A DNA stretch of 64,000 nucleotides from Octopus sinensis. Lineage: Eukaryota. Numbering within the stretch: position 1 is the first letter of the stretch; every line of letters begins with the position of its first letter. This document shows, piece after piece, positions 26,056 to 39,520 of the stretch. The stretch covers positions 42,966,001 through 43,030,000 of the forward strand of contig NC_043005.1 of assembly GCF_006345805.1 (NCBI RefSeq). The letters run 5' to 3'. The notes under the pieces are model-generated. The model was not told the origin of the DNA, did no database searches, and worked only from the letters and a program-made list of their open reading frames with translations. A program made the position numbers and the translations under genes.

Positions 26056-26667
26056 AAAGTATATAAATATGTATATATCTATATATATGTATATATTTGC
26101 ATACACACACATATGTGTATGTGTGTATATATATATATATCAAAATAAGCAACAAGGATATCTAAAGGTTATGCAGTACGATCGTTTCATGCGACTTCAT
26201 TTAATTGAACAATGAAAACATTATATCAATTTAAAATGTAGAACAATCTTCAGCTTTTAAATTGATGTAATGTTTGCATTGTTCAATTAACTGGAGTCGC
26301 ATGAAACGATCGTACTGCATTACCTCTGCATATCTTTGTTGCTTATTTTGATTATAATCACCCCATTTTGAATTATATGGATAATATCATACTAAATTGT
26401 GGTGCCTTTAACTTAAGTACAATATTCAACTGAATCTAAATTTTACTGAACTTATATATACATATATACACACACACACATTTGAGTATATAGGGAAAGC
26501 TGTGTTCATAGAAAAGTAAAATGAAGAGGATTTAGTTTAACAAACTGAGTAGTTTTATCTGCTTTAGTTAATTATTTTCCCCCTTACATTACGGATAAAT
26601 GGTACATTTTTGGTTCGCTCGAAGAGGCAATAGTTTCCTGTTAGAAGCGCAGTTGAAACATCTGGCC

Positions 26668-26845
<178 letters not shown>

Positions 26846-26883
26846 CTGCATATATATGTGTGTGTGTTTGTGTGTGTGTATGC

Positions 26884-26918
<35 letters not shown>

Positions 26919-27425
26919 GTGTGTGTGTATATATGTGTGTATATATATATAAATGTATATATAAATGTATATAAATATCTGGGTATGCATACATCTATAT
27001 ATGCTTACATACACATACATATATACATACGTATATAAATATATGTATATATATATATGTGTGTGTGAGTATGTATGTATATAATATGTGTGTGTACTTG
27101 TGCGTGTGTGTTTGTGTGTGTGTGTGTATGTGTGTGGTAAAACGGAAATGAAAATCACAGGAAAAATGTCATATTTCGTGTAAATATCATAAATAATAGT
27201 TAAAGTAATTAAACAAATAATAAATCAAGTTGCTTATTAAATGACAATACATGACTTGTGTTCAATGACGAAACAATTTATATAATGACATTACACGGAC
27301 GTGAAAAAATAAAAAGCATCTCGTATTCAATATCCAACTCATAAGAATGAAACAAAAGATTTTTTAGTCTGTCGGTTATTGACGTTTTCCTGTGACTTTT
27401 TTCTTCCCCTGAATACGAATATTTT

Positions 27426-27473
<48 letters not shown>

Positions 27474-27727
27474 ATATATGTATATAAAATATGTATGTAT
27501 CCATTTATGTTAATAAGTATGTAAGTATGTATTTACTTAGGTTTATATTTATGTTTCTATGAAGATATATATATATAGAGAGATATAGATATAGATATAT
27601 ATGTATATATTTATGTATGTATGTATATGTGTGTGTTTGTGTGTGTGTGCGTTTGTATGGATATTTTCATATGTGCTTATGTATACATATGCGTATTACA
27701 TAGACATACGTGATCCTGGTATACAAT

Positions 27728-27955
27728 CTTAGATTATTTGAACAATATATTTAATTACTGTGAGTGCACGATGCAGTACATGATACATAATAGGGGTTAC
27801 TTACGTCTCTGTGAATTAAACAAATGGGCAACAACGGACCTTAAACATTCAACATAAAATATGGAATATTTACAAAGTGTCTTATGAGTTTTCTTGATGT
27901 TTCGAGCATTATTAAACTCTTCAGAAGTTGCTTAAAGGCAGTTACCTGTTTAACC
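27728..27955. repeat. ~230-bp segment duplicated at 29629-29859 (direct)
   Basis: Colinear match with few substitutions. Confidence 0.92.
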
Positions 27956-28276
27956 GCACAAGATATCGTAGTTATTAGCATCATGACCGACTGGTATATG
28001 AATCGGCCAGGAACGATAAAGAAAGAAAGCAAGCACCTTATATACCACCAAGGTTTAATTAATGCCTCAGAAATGCATTGCAAAATATAGTACGGTCCAA
28101 GTGCTCGAATGCGAGCAGCTGTGATGCTTAAATCCATGCCAGAAACTATATAGCCGATCAGCTGCACCTGATCTTTGATTGTTAGCGATGTTAGTTCATA
28201 TCTAAAGCAGATATTTTTATAAAACGGACGCAATAACTCAACAACGTGATAGTATTGTGTTTATAGACACATAAAC

Positions 28277-28341
<65 letters not shown>

Positions 28342-28368
28342 TACAGACAGACAGATAGACATATCGAC

Positions 28369-28466
<98 letters not shown>

Positions 28467-28467
28467 T

Positions 28468-28524
<57 letters not shown>

Positions 28525-28526
<2 letters not shown>

Positions 28527-28680
28527 GTTTCTTTATTGGCTACACAGGGCTGCACACAGATGGGACAAGTTACAAGGTAGAGCTTTTCTTTTGGGGGATG
28601 AAAAAAACAAAAAACAAAAGAAAAAAAAAAGAAAAAGAAAAAAAAAGGGGTGTCGTAGGTTTTCGATCAAGAGGGATCGT
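28525..28680 (-). mobile_element. LINE-like 3' end in (GATA)n, second copy
   Basis: Matches 4464-4581 with the same 5' end (acgatccctc). (GATA)n at 28270-28524 and gatagat after 28680. Confidence 0.65.
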
Positions 28681-28917
28681 ACAGATAGATTATGCATGTA
28701 TAATCATAATACATGCAAATATATGTGCGCGCGTATGTGTATACGTAAGTGTGTGATCTGATATTGAAATTTCCAAACTTTAGAAATGTTTTGTCTGTAA
28801 TAATAAGAAGCAATAAGCTTTCTATGATTAGAGATAAAAGAAGGATGTTAAAAAGTAATAAAAGAACAATAGACTACATAGGTTTGAATCGTCGTTTATA
28901 TGCTAGTACTGCTCACT

Positions 28918-29340
28918 TAGCTGGCAGAATCGTTTGCGTAGTGGACATAATGCTTAGCAACATTTCGACCGTCTTTACGTTGAGTTCAAATTCCGCCGAG
29001 GTCGACTTTGCCTTTCATCCTTTCAGGATCGATGAATTATGTACCAGTGAAACACCGGAGTTGATGTAATCGACCAGCCCCCTCCCTCCTTTAGTAGAAA
29101 GGATTGTTACTAACTTAGCTAAGACGGCAAGCTGGCCGAATCGTTTGCACACTGGACATGATGCTTACAGCAGCATTTCGACCGTCTTTACGTTTTGAAT
29201 TCAAATTTTCTAGAGGTCGACTTTGCCTCTTCATCCCTTTCACGCTCGATAGAATAAGTACCAGTTGAGCATTTGGGTCGATATAATCGACTTACCCACC
29301 TTCTCTTAAATTGTTGGCCTCGTGCCAAAATTTGAAACCA
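28918..29340 (+). mobile_element. Two adjacent family M SINEs (about 28918-29092 and 29122-29340)
   Basis: Both show gctggc(a/c)gaatcgtt...ttcaaatt...gaggtcgactttgcct. Confidence 0.82.
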
Positions 29341-30242
29341 TTATTTAACATAGATAACTATGGCAGCTGTCGTTGTTCTCCACGACCTTACAAAAGCGTT
29401 GCTACCGTGACAGTCCCCGCTCCTCATGAGCATTAAATATCTAAGATTGCGTTGTCCAACGAGTCCTCAATTTTAAAGGCGGTGGGGTGTAATTCAAAGT
29501 TGATTTAACAGCTACTTTTAGCAACATTGGGCTTTCTCTTCTTCCTTTCTTAATCTGATACAGTCATAGGGAAGCCTTCTCGTTATTCGGCGCGTCTTTG
29601 AAAACCTCAACATAGCACTTATTCCTCTCTTAGGTTATTTGAACAATATATTTAATCACTGTGAGTGCACGATGCAGTACATGATACATAATAGGGGTTA
29701 CTTATGTCTCTGTGAATTAAACAAATGGGTTACAACAGACCTTAAACATTCAACATAAAATATGGAATATTTACAAAGTGTCTTATGAGATTTCTTGATG
29801 TTTCGAGCACTATTAAACTCTTCAGGAGAAGTTGGTTAAAGGCAGTTACCTGTTTAACCACTCAGAAATGAATAAGGGAAAGAGATTCCTGTACAAGTTC
29901 GGCATGTTTTTTCATCGAGATCGGAAAACAAAAACAAAAAAAAATGAAACGCCAAGTTCACGCTGGCAGTATTTGAACTCAGAGAACCAGGCACGAATGA
30001 ATCTATATCCGACGTCTCTAGTAACTGTACCAATTTGCCGCCCTTAGCCATAATTTGTGTTGCTTCAAATAACACCGTATTTGTATAACAATGACAATAA
30101 ATAGTATCGATTTCAAGTGAATAAAGTTAAATTGAAATAAGAGTGTTGATTATAGTCGAAGAAAAGCTTTGTGGAATAAGAAATGTGCTGATTTATATCA
30201 GTAGGCGAGAGTTTTGGCAACTGCAAATAGAAGTGTGCATAG

Positions 30243-30303
<61 letters not shown>

Positions 30304-30874
30304 TGTGTGTGTCTGTGTGCATACATCTGTGTGTGTGCTTGTGTGCTTGTGTGTGCATATGTGTGTCTGCGCGTATGTGTATATATGTGCGTATTTGTTT
30401 CTATGCGTATTTTCACTTTGGACGTTTTGCTTTAACGAAATGTTTAGCTAAATTTTCCCATGTATCTCAAGTGGCTATAGTTATGTATCTATTTCAAAAT
30501 TAATGGTGATGATATACCGGTCCATATTAACCATTACTGAAAATAACTATGTGCTTAGGGTGCCAAGAGAAATGAACGGCACTGAGTATTTGTCAGTGCC
30601 ATACTTACTATGGTGCAGTTGAAATTGAGCCCCGAAAAACTCCTGAAAACGTGCGTTCTTTTCTTGTTGCCTTCGTCATAAATAAATTATTTTCTTTCAT
30701 TACTTACAGGTATTTAATCTTAAATAAATAGATTAATATAAAGTTGGACTTGGGGGTAACCTGGGAAAATAAAACTGAATTCTTCATCTTTTACTCAGCA
30801 CTTATGTCGCAATAACGGTCTGTAAGTTACACAACACAAAAGTAGAAGTAGGAAATATTGTTGGAATGTCCTTT

Positions 30875-31193
30875 GGGCAGCTGTTGGTCTTACCCCACCC
30901 TCCATATTCATCAGATATTGCTCCTACGGATTTCCACTTATAAAGGTCTCTGCAGAATAGTCTTAATGGAAAAAATTTCAATTCCTTGGATGAGGTAAAA
31001 ATATACCTTGATGAATTCCTTGCCATGAAACCACCTCAATTCTGGGAAGAGGGTATTTTCAAGTTAAAGGAAAGATGGAGACGCATTGTGCAACAAAGTG
31101 GTTCATATTTGGTTGATTAAAAATGTAATGGCAAGTATTTATCGACCTTTTTCTTTCCTTTAAAAATCGGCACGAACTTTCCTGACAACCCAA
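30875..31193 (+). pseudogene. Mariner 3' fragment with right TIR
   Basis: VLPHPPYSSDIAPTDFHL*RSLQNSLNGKNF..FWEEGIFKLKERWRRIVQQSGSYLVD*, then aactttcctgacaacccaa followed by TA (31194-31195). Confidence 0.9.
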
Positions 31194-31784
31194 TAGTTTA
31201 ACGACTGTCATTCCTAGAGGTCATATTACAATGCATGAAGTGGTTTGCTCATTGACAATATTGAGTCGACAATTTATAGTTCACAGTTCACTCGGACATT
31301 TCATTTCCACGTGAAAGTTCAATGTCGAAAAGCCAAGTGAACTTTAGTGTGTCGGTCATGGTAAAATTTAATTTTCATTTCAAATTAATGCAAATGTTTA
31401 CTTTTGAGGATTACGCTAAAGGTTAAGCCCCAAATTACAACTTCACCTTAAATGGAAAACGATCAGTTCAATAGAGATGTGGTGGTGGTTAGTTGCTGCA
31501 AAAACTTATGTTTTCCTGGTAAGTGACAAAACGACAATATTCAAATTATACTAACGTTGGAGTTGATGATCTGATCTTCATATATTTGGTTCCATTGACG
31601 ATTATTATATCTCCTCCATAAGACGAAAATACGTTCTTTCAGCGATAATTCAAAAAATTTTAAGTGCAAAAAACACAGCAGATGTAAAATCAATCTTTAC
31701 ATATGTACAATATACATATATATACACTATACATATATACATTCATGCATACTCCAAATACTGCACACACACACATACATACCC

Positions 31785-31893
31785 AAATAACCTGTGAATG
31801 TTGGTGAAATTCCAATGAAGGAGCGTTGGATCTTGATTAGAAACCGGTTCTTTCTCTATTGGCAAGAAATCTTGAAATAAAATTGAATAATGA
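31785..31893 (+). mobile_element. RLE-family 3' UTR-only copy in ATAC context
   Basis: gaaattccaatgaaggagc...ttctctattggcaagaaatcttgaaataaaa, matching 46778-46886, 49508-49610 and 50740-50849. Confidence 0.8.
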
Positions 31894-31930
31894 TATCTAG
31901 ATATACATACATACATATTTACATACATAC

Positions 31931-32140
31931 GAAAATCAAAGAGAAAGATAACTATGGACAACTGCTTCGAAACTTTCAGCTTCAATATCCAGATTATAAA
32001 TTCGTATTCATGCCAATAATAATTGGTGCACTTGATAGTCTGCATCCTCTAGGGTTTTCAGAAAAAGAAATCAAACAACTAACTTGCACCTACAAGTGGA
32101 ACAGTGAAAATATGCAAGACTTTCCTCAAGTTTAAAATGG
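31931..32140 (+). pseudogene. RLE-family endonuclease C-terminal fragment inserted in the ATAC tail of the previous copy
   Basis: KIKEKDNYGQLLRNFQLQYPDYKFVFMPIIIGALD..GFSEKEIKQL. Begins immediately after acatacatac. Confidence 0.85.
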
Positions 32141-32334
32141 ACATCGTTTTTACTTTTTTATTTCTTTTAATCTGCATTTCAACAATGACGCTCTGTATTT
32201 TTGTTAGAAACGACCTCCTTGCTCAGAGGAATAAATGAAATAATTGAAAACGGAAGAGAACATGCATACATACATACATACATACATACATACATACATA
32301 CACACACACATTTTATATCTTTTATCTTTCATCT

Positions 32335-32510
32335 TTTATTTGTTTCAGTCAATCGACTGCTATCATGGTGGAGCCTTGCTGGAGCCATGTTGAGACCATA
32401 CTGAGGCCATGCAGTAGGAAACACTCGCCTGAAGCAACACAGAGTGGAACTGAACCCGGAACCATGTGATTTGAGAACCAAGCTTCATACCGCACATCCA
32501 TGCTTCCGTC
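32335..32510 (-). mobile_element. Family C SINE, internally deleted
   Basis: Tail ttgtttcagtc and head gaactgaacccggaaccatgtg joined without the body. Confidence 0.7.
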
Positions 32511-32511
32511 A

Positions 32512-32559
<48 letters not shown>

Positions 32560-32560
32560 A

Positions 32561-32652
<92 letters not shown>

Positions 32653-33112
32653 TGTGTTTGTGTGTGTGTGTACTCTAACTGACTCACGCATCCTCAGATT
32701 CCTGGAACTGATTTGACTGAAAAGCAAAAACATAAAAAATATAAAAAAAAAAACCTTGCCCCTTTGACCGGATTGACTGCTATGAAGACCTTAAATTGCG
32801 AAGCAAACATACATACATACATACACACATTTCTATACACATACACACACTGATGGTGAGACATTGTTTCCTTTACTAGCACAGAGGTACGTCTATTAGG
32901 ATTTCGAGATAATTCATTACAAGTGGTGTTCTCGTATTTCTATAGAACAAAATAGCGGCCAAAATCGTTTTATTTATTCACTGCTCCATCGCTGACCTGA
33001 AAACTGACACTTTTTGACCTTAAAACGCAGAATTTGAGATTTGAAACAAAACAATGATTTCACTACAAACAATCTCTCTCGCTCTTCTCTTTCACCCCTC
33101 TCTCTCTCTCCT

Positions 33113-33159
<47 letters not shown>

Positions 33160-33703
33160 TTCTCTCTTTCTATTTTATTTTCCATTTTCTTTCTTGATAT
33201 TCTATTCTACATTCTTTCTTAATTTCAAAAGTGGCTGGGATAGCGTCTGCTTACAATTTTTATTACTATTATCAAACTATTGAATTTTCGATACATAGTC
33301 TCTACCTTCAGAAAACTAGGAATATATATATATTTAGTTTTGTGAAACTTATTTTCAAGGATCTTTACCTTTTGCCCAACAGATTTAAAAGATAATTTTT
33401 TCTAACTAAATACTTTCAAACTTCGGACACTGGTAGAATGTGTCATATGAAGCATCTTTTGCAATTAGCATTTTTGAGAATAACTTATATTTACGAAGTT
33501 ATTTCACGTTAACGTTCTCGTATTTCGGTTATAATAAGTACTAGGCTAAAAAGAAAAAGCACTTCGGTCGATTTTTTCTACTAAAAATTTTTCAAAGCGG
33601 TGACCCAGCATGGCCGCAATCTAATGACTGAGAAAAGTAAAAAGATAAAATGAAAGATGCGTATAAACACACATATGTAAGTTCGCAACGTGCGCACTGA
33701 ATG

Positions 33704-33812
<109 letters not shown>

Positions 33813-33819
33813 ATGTAAA

Positions 33820-33945
33820 AGTAAAATAATATACAAACTGGGACAAGAACGTGAAACATTTAGAAGACGACACAAAAACGACATTCGAAACCCTCAATCA
33901 TCAGTCAAGAACCGGATCATCTTCGCAATTTCGGCTGATATATAT
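33820..33945 (-). mobile_element. pLTR-like remnant (family P3) with degenerate hammerhead core
   Basis: Homologous to about 47360-47560 (+). Minus strand cttgaCTGATGA...ttcGAATGTC. Confidence 0.45.
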
Positions 33946-33957
33946 ATATATATATAT

Positions 33958-34172
33958 CAGGAGTAGCTGTGTGGTAAGTAGCTTGCTAACCAACCACATG
34001 GTTCCCCCCTCACTCCCACTGCGTGGCACCTTGGGCAATTGTCTTCTATAGCCTCGGGCCAACCAAAGCCCTGTGAGTGGATTTGGTAGACGGAAACTGA
34101 AAGAAGACAGCCGGATATACATGTGTGTGTGTGCGTGTGTGTGCGTGCGTGTGTGTGTGTGCGTGTGCGTAC

Positions 34173-34230
<58 letters not shown>

Positions 34231-34433
34231 CTTTGTTTGTCCTCCCTTCCATCGCTTGACAACCGATGTTGGTATGTTTACGTCCCCGTAACTTAGCGAT
34301 TCGGCAAAAGATAACGATAGAATAAGTTCTAGGCTTACAAAGAATAAGTCTTACGGTCGGTTTGTTCGAGCAAAATGGTGATGTTCCAGCAAGGCCGCAG
34401 TCAAATAACTGAAACGAACAAAAGAATAAAAGA

Positions 34434-34435
<2 letters not shown>
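33958..34435 (+). mobile_element. Family C SINE, full length
   Basis: ggagtagctgtgtggtaagtagc...tggcaccttgggcaa...gcagtcaaataactgaaac. Confidence 0.9.
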
Positions 34436-34464
<29 letters not shown>

Positions 34465-34729
34465 AGCGTTAAGAACAGTGATGAACTTCCAACAAAACAA
34501 CGAAATGCAAACATAGCCAACATGATATACTTGTTTTGGGTAGAGAATATTACTATACAGTTTAGAGGCCAGATGCTCTGCAGATGTGAACGATTCATTC
34601 CGCATAAATTCTCTTTCAACTTTTAAAAAAATTTGAAAGATTATTTTTGTGGCCACGGCTTCAAAATAAACACCTTCTCTGTCTAAATAATAAATTCGCA
34701 TATGTACCTATAGTTAATTCTTTTATTTT

Positions 34730-35170
34730 TTTTTTTACTTGTTTCAGTCATTTAGCTGAGGCCATGCTGAAGCACTGCCCTAAAGCGGTTTTGTGGAAGA
34801 AATCGAAACCAGGACTTATTCTTTGTAAACCTAGTACTTGCTCTATCGGTCTCTTTTGTCGTAACTGCTAAGTTACGGGGACGCAAAGACACCAACATCG
34901 GTTGTCAAGCGATGGTGGGAGAGAGACAGACAGACACACACACACATACATATATATATATATTTATTCCCGTTTTCGTTTTCGTTTCGTCTTGTTCCAC
35001 GTCTCTGTCCTTCTGTTGTAACAAAATGGCTTTCCCGTTTTCGTTTCTGTTGATTTTTACGTCTTCTTGTGGTGTCCTGTACGTATATATATATTTATAT
35101 ATGCATGTATATATACATGTAGATGTCGGTACGTACATATATGTTTGTATGTATGCATATATTATTTATT

Positions 35171-35216
<46 letters not shown>

Positions 35217-35390
35217 TATATATATATATATACGACGTGTTTCTTTTACTTCCGTCTACCAAATCCACTCAGAAGGCTTTGGTCGGTCCGACGACATAGT
35301 GAAAGACACTTGCCCAAGGTGCCATGCAGTGTGACTGAACCCGGAACCATGTGGTTGAGAAACAAGCTCCTTACCACACAGCCACGCCTA
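34730..35390 (-). mobile_element. Family C SINE split by an insertion (3' part 34730-34930, 5' part 35235-35390)
   Basis: Both halves are colinear with family C. About 34960-35100 is unrelated pyrimidine-rich sequence. Confidence 0.78.
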
Positions 35391-36789
35391 CGTCTATCGC
35401 AGCCACGTCTAAGCAGTAGTCTCCAAAATTTGAGAATCGGATATGTACTTTGCAAAATATATGTGAGTGAAACAGCAAAAGTATGCAAAAGTTTACTGAA
35501 ATTAAGCATACAGTATTTCACCATCGTTGTTATCCAAATTCCATTGACGGCGCTTTGTTTCATTACTAAAAAAAAACCCATTTCCTTCTGTATAGAAAGA
35601 ATTCAGAAAGATAACACGCGCTAGCGCACACACCTACACACACAGACGCACTCTCTCTCTCTCCCCCCTCTCTCTTTCTTTCTTTCTTTCTCACACACAC
35701 ACACTCTCTCTCTCTCTCTTTCACACACACACACACATACACATCCACACCCACACACACGCACGCACACACATACACACATCTTTATTTGGTTAAAATA
35801 TGACAGTGTTCCGTATAAAAAAAATAATGCCATCGGTTAGTTTGAATCTGTCGCATAACTTCTTTCTTTTCAATAGAAACCTGACATTCTACTTCAGCAA
35901 TTTTCGCTAATTTCCTTGTTTACAATTTAGTTTCTTTTAGCTCTTTAATACTCTTTAATCCGCGTGTTTTCGTATTTTTTTTATTCAGTGCCATTACCAT
36001 ACTAGTCTTAACAGTATGTACCTAATGAAGGATGGCACCATTATTACTACCTACAATAGATAAGCGTTGTTGAGAGACCTATATATATATATTTTAATTA
36101 AATGTATTCAGAAAAGTGACGACAGAAGTAAACCACCCACTCGAGTAAGAAAAAAGCTAATCTATAGCAGAAAGCATCCCAAGAAAGTTTAGTAGGTCTT
36201 GCTTGTATAGGGACGAAATGGAGGTAAATGGGTGAGTGGCTCTATTACTTGACCTACATAAAATAACAGTCAAATCTTCCTCAAATTACACCACCCAAGA
36301 GTCTTTTTAATACAGTCCAACATTCTTTGTGTGTAGAAAAGAAAAACAGATTATCAAGATAGAGCACCGTTGACGATGGGTCTTTTCAGCCAGAGTTTAC
36401 TGAAAGATCTAAACAACAATCTGTATGAAACGAGAATTTTTTTTTTAAGAAGCATTCTACTTTAGATATAAACATGGTGTCTATAAGCAATATGTTATGT
36501 GGTCGGAAGCTCTACCTTTTTACACCAAGAACGCTTATACACAATATATCCCTTTTTGTACACGGAAATATTCGGACAAGTGTACTCAGCTTTGATCTTG
36601 CTTGTTATAGGACACAACGTTTCCGCCGCTGTAACTTCTGGCCTTTTTCAGATGTTTGTCCATTTGGTAAACCTTCTTGGAATTTTTAACCAAATCCATT
36701 ATTATCTCAACAAGATATGATATTGCTCCCTTGAGATATCCATATATGAGATGTATTCTTCTATTAATTATTCTATATGTGATGTCCCT

Positions 36790-37110
36790 TGTTCAACGTA
36801 GCTAGATCCGGACTGTGCGCTTGATGCGATATCAGTTCAATCCCTCAAGTTCCTGGAGCTTATTTCTGGTCGTTCGAGCAGTATAATGCCTTGCGTTGTC
36901 TTACTGCAGAAGGGCTCGCTTTCTGTTAACCAATGCCGAGTATTTTTACCGCACAATGGCATACATATGCTCCAGTTGTTCGGAGTACAGGTTGGCATCG
37001 ATGGCAGGACAGTCCTGAACTCGAAGTAATTTATCCTCTCATAATTCCACCAGATGCAAGCATCACCATGTGTTCGAAACGCCCATGTTTGACGACAATT
37101 TTCGTAAGTT
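36790..37110 (-). pseudogene. Mariner catalytic-domain fragment
   Basis: Minus strand: IWWNYE..AIDANLYSEQLEHMY..LVNRKRALLQ*DNARHYTARTTRNKLQEL / GIELISHQAHSPDLA. Confidence 0.85.
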
Positions 37111-37194
37111 GACCCTTGCTTAACTATTGTTTATGCACGTTTGCAGAAAATATTTCCATTGGATTATTTACTTGTTCCGATTCATGACTCACTC

Positions 37195-37325
37195 CCTATA
37201 CGAACTTCATTAACCATCTATAGGTGGAAGTTTCAATGAAGGAGATCTTCGCCTCGAAGAACAAGAACTGGTATCAGCGTGGAATCAGAGAACTGCCAGA
37301 CAGGTGGCTTCAGACGGTACAACAC
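37195..37325 (+). pseudogene. Mariner C-terminal fragment, opposite orientation to the adjacent piece
   Basis: EVSMKEIFASKNKNWYQRGIRELPDRWLQTVQH. Confidence 0.75.
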
Positions 37326-37410
37326 TTGACGAATAAAGCAAATAAGTTAACACAATATTGATTCCAAATTTTGGCAAAAGGCCAACAATTTCAGGAGAGG
37401 GTGTAAGTTA

Positions 37411-37441
<31 letters not shown>

Positions 37442-37485
37442 CTAGTTTCAGCTCACGAGCTGTGGCCATGCTGGGGCACCGCCAT

Positions 37486-37646
37486 TTGAAAGAGTGGTGA
37501 AAGAAGTACAGCAGGGATCACCACCCCCTGCCGGAGCCTCGTGGAGCTTTTAGGTGTTTTCGCTCAATAAACACACACAACGCCCGGTCCGGGAATCGAA
37601 ACCGCGATCCTCCGACCGCGAGTCCGCTGCCCTAACCACTGGGCCA
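37486..37646 (-). mobile_element. Family T4 SINE, 5' part
   Basis: Reverse complement of aatggcccagtggttagggcagcggactcgcggtcggaggatcgcggtttcgattccc. Confidence 0.88.
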
Positions 37647-37649
37647 TTA

Positions 37650-39100
37650 CATCGAAATTTTTGGAAACCATGGATGTTTCTTCCTTATATCCCAATACAG
37701 ACCACGATGAAGGGGTCGAAGCATGCATAGATGCCTTTGAAAAGCGGTCAAACAAAAGTATTCCATCAAATTTTCTCTGTAGTCTATTGAGGTCTGTGTT
37801 ACAAAGTAACATAATGAAGTTTAGACAAAAGTTTTACCACCAGACGAAGAGTTGCGCCGTGGGTAACCCCATTGCAGTTAATTTCGCTAACATCTTCATG
37901 ACGAAATTCGAGACACAGTTATTGAAGACATTCAAGCCTCTTCTTGGTCATGAACCAATGCTCTGGTTACGATTCATTGATGACGTCATTTTTGTCTGGA
38001 AAGGATCACAGGATAGGTTAATGGACTCCTTGCATTTCTGTAGCTGTTATGCTAAAAACTATGGCTTTAAGTCCAACATAAAATTTACGTCTAGTTTTTG
38101 AAAAACTAGCGTTGAATTTTTGGACACAAAAGTTGAGTTTTCTGGAGGCAGAATAGTGACAGAGTTATTTTGCAAGCCTACGTCACCCCACATTTATCTC
38201 CCCCACCGCTCCGATCATCCACATCATATTACTCGGTCAAATCCGAAATTCCAGTTTCTGAGGATAAAACGGATTTGTACTGACATAAGGGATTACTGGA
38301 AACATGCAAATGCTTTTGTACATCATTATGTCAAATGCGGTTACAGTGAATCACGACTAAAGGAAATAGCAAACGAAATAGCTAAGATTAACAAAGATAG
38401 TCAAACCTTCACGCATAATTTTAGCAAACACTATACAACAGATAACAAAATTCCTTTAGTGATTAAATGGCACCGAAATTTCGCCGGCATTTCAAAAGTA
38501 TTGCATGAAAATTACCTGCATGTAGTGAAAAAATATTCTCGTTTCAAACAGATATTTCCACAGCCGCCTATTGTAGCCTTTAGACGGAATAAGAATCTAA
38601 GAGAATTATTGACCTCTATTTCTGACTCCAAGAAAACGAACATTGGAGTATCTGCACGGTGTACCTTGAAAAACAGCCGCAAGAGAGGTAAGCCTTGTTC
38701 GTTGTGCAACAACATGAGTCAAGTGAATTCCATCGGGTATCATAACAGAAATGTTATGATTTATACAGAAAGTGGGACATAAAGAGTTTCCTATTTGGTG
38801 TACGCGGCAGAATGCACGAAACACAACTTGATTTATGTCGATTGTATAACAGAACAATTAAACAAAGGATTTAATGGGCACAGATTCGACGTCAGGCACA
38901 TTAACAGGAGTTCGACAGAACTTGCCGAAGAGTTCCTTTCAAACGGGCAATTATGAAAGACTTGAAAGTGCATATTCTCAGAAAATGTTCTGAATCTGCT
39001 TCACTTTCACTTCTCAGGATTCATAAGGAGAAGTATGTTTGCGGGTTATTAACATCACGCCCTGGAGGAATGAATAAAATGACAGCAGAATATCATTAAA
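37650..39100 (+). pseudogene. Penelope-like element ORF: reverse transcriptase plus C-terminal GIY-YIG endonuclease, 5'-truncated
   Basis: TMDVSSLYPN, CAVGNPIAVNFANIFM, WLRFIDDV, VEFLDT, KPT..YL..SDHP, PPIVAFRRNKNLRELL, CxxC, YLVYAAECTKHNLIYV..RFNGHRF-like region, GMN end. In-frame stops at 38099 (TGA) and 38780 (TAA), later frameshifts. Confidence 0.95.
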
Positions 39101-39324
39101 TTTATACAATACTGTTTGATTTAAGTATTCTTCTTTTTCCTTTTCTTTCCTCTTTTTTCTGTCTCTTAATTTTCTGTCTTTATCTTTTCGCCTGTTATAA
39201 AATTGAAACTTGAAGACTGATGATGTCATTCCATCAACGTGTGGACGCTGATTGCTCTCGTTCATACTTTAAATTTAAATTTCTATAATTTTGAATTTTT
39301 ATCACTTTTTTTTTTTAAATTAAA

Positions 39325-39362
39325 CTTGACAAAGACAGACTTACTGCCGAAATATCGTTCAA
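39325..39362 (+). ncRNA. Degenerate hammerhead remnant in the PLE 3' region
   Basis: TTGACAA a gaCAG actta CTGcc GAAA. Stem II and GAAA retained, core decayed. Confidence 0.35.
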
Positions 39363-39447
39363 CCAATAAAATATCTATTATAATCGCAGCGAGCTCTTCG
39401 TCTCAACTGTTTACCTTTGTGATGAGTTACGTCAATCTTTTTAAAAT

Positions 39448-39520
<73 letters not shown>

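Noticed and set aside
38099-38782. In-frame TGA, and TAA at a likely Cys position, in the PLE ORF as possible selenocysteine recoding
   Set aside because: Sec-encoding PLEs (Naiad) are described with an N-terminal endonuclease, whereas this one is C-terminal. The TGA lies at a probable Ser position (TCA to TGA), the second stop is TAA, later frameshifts show decay, and I saw no SECIS.
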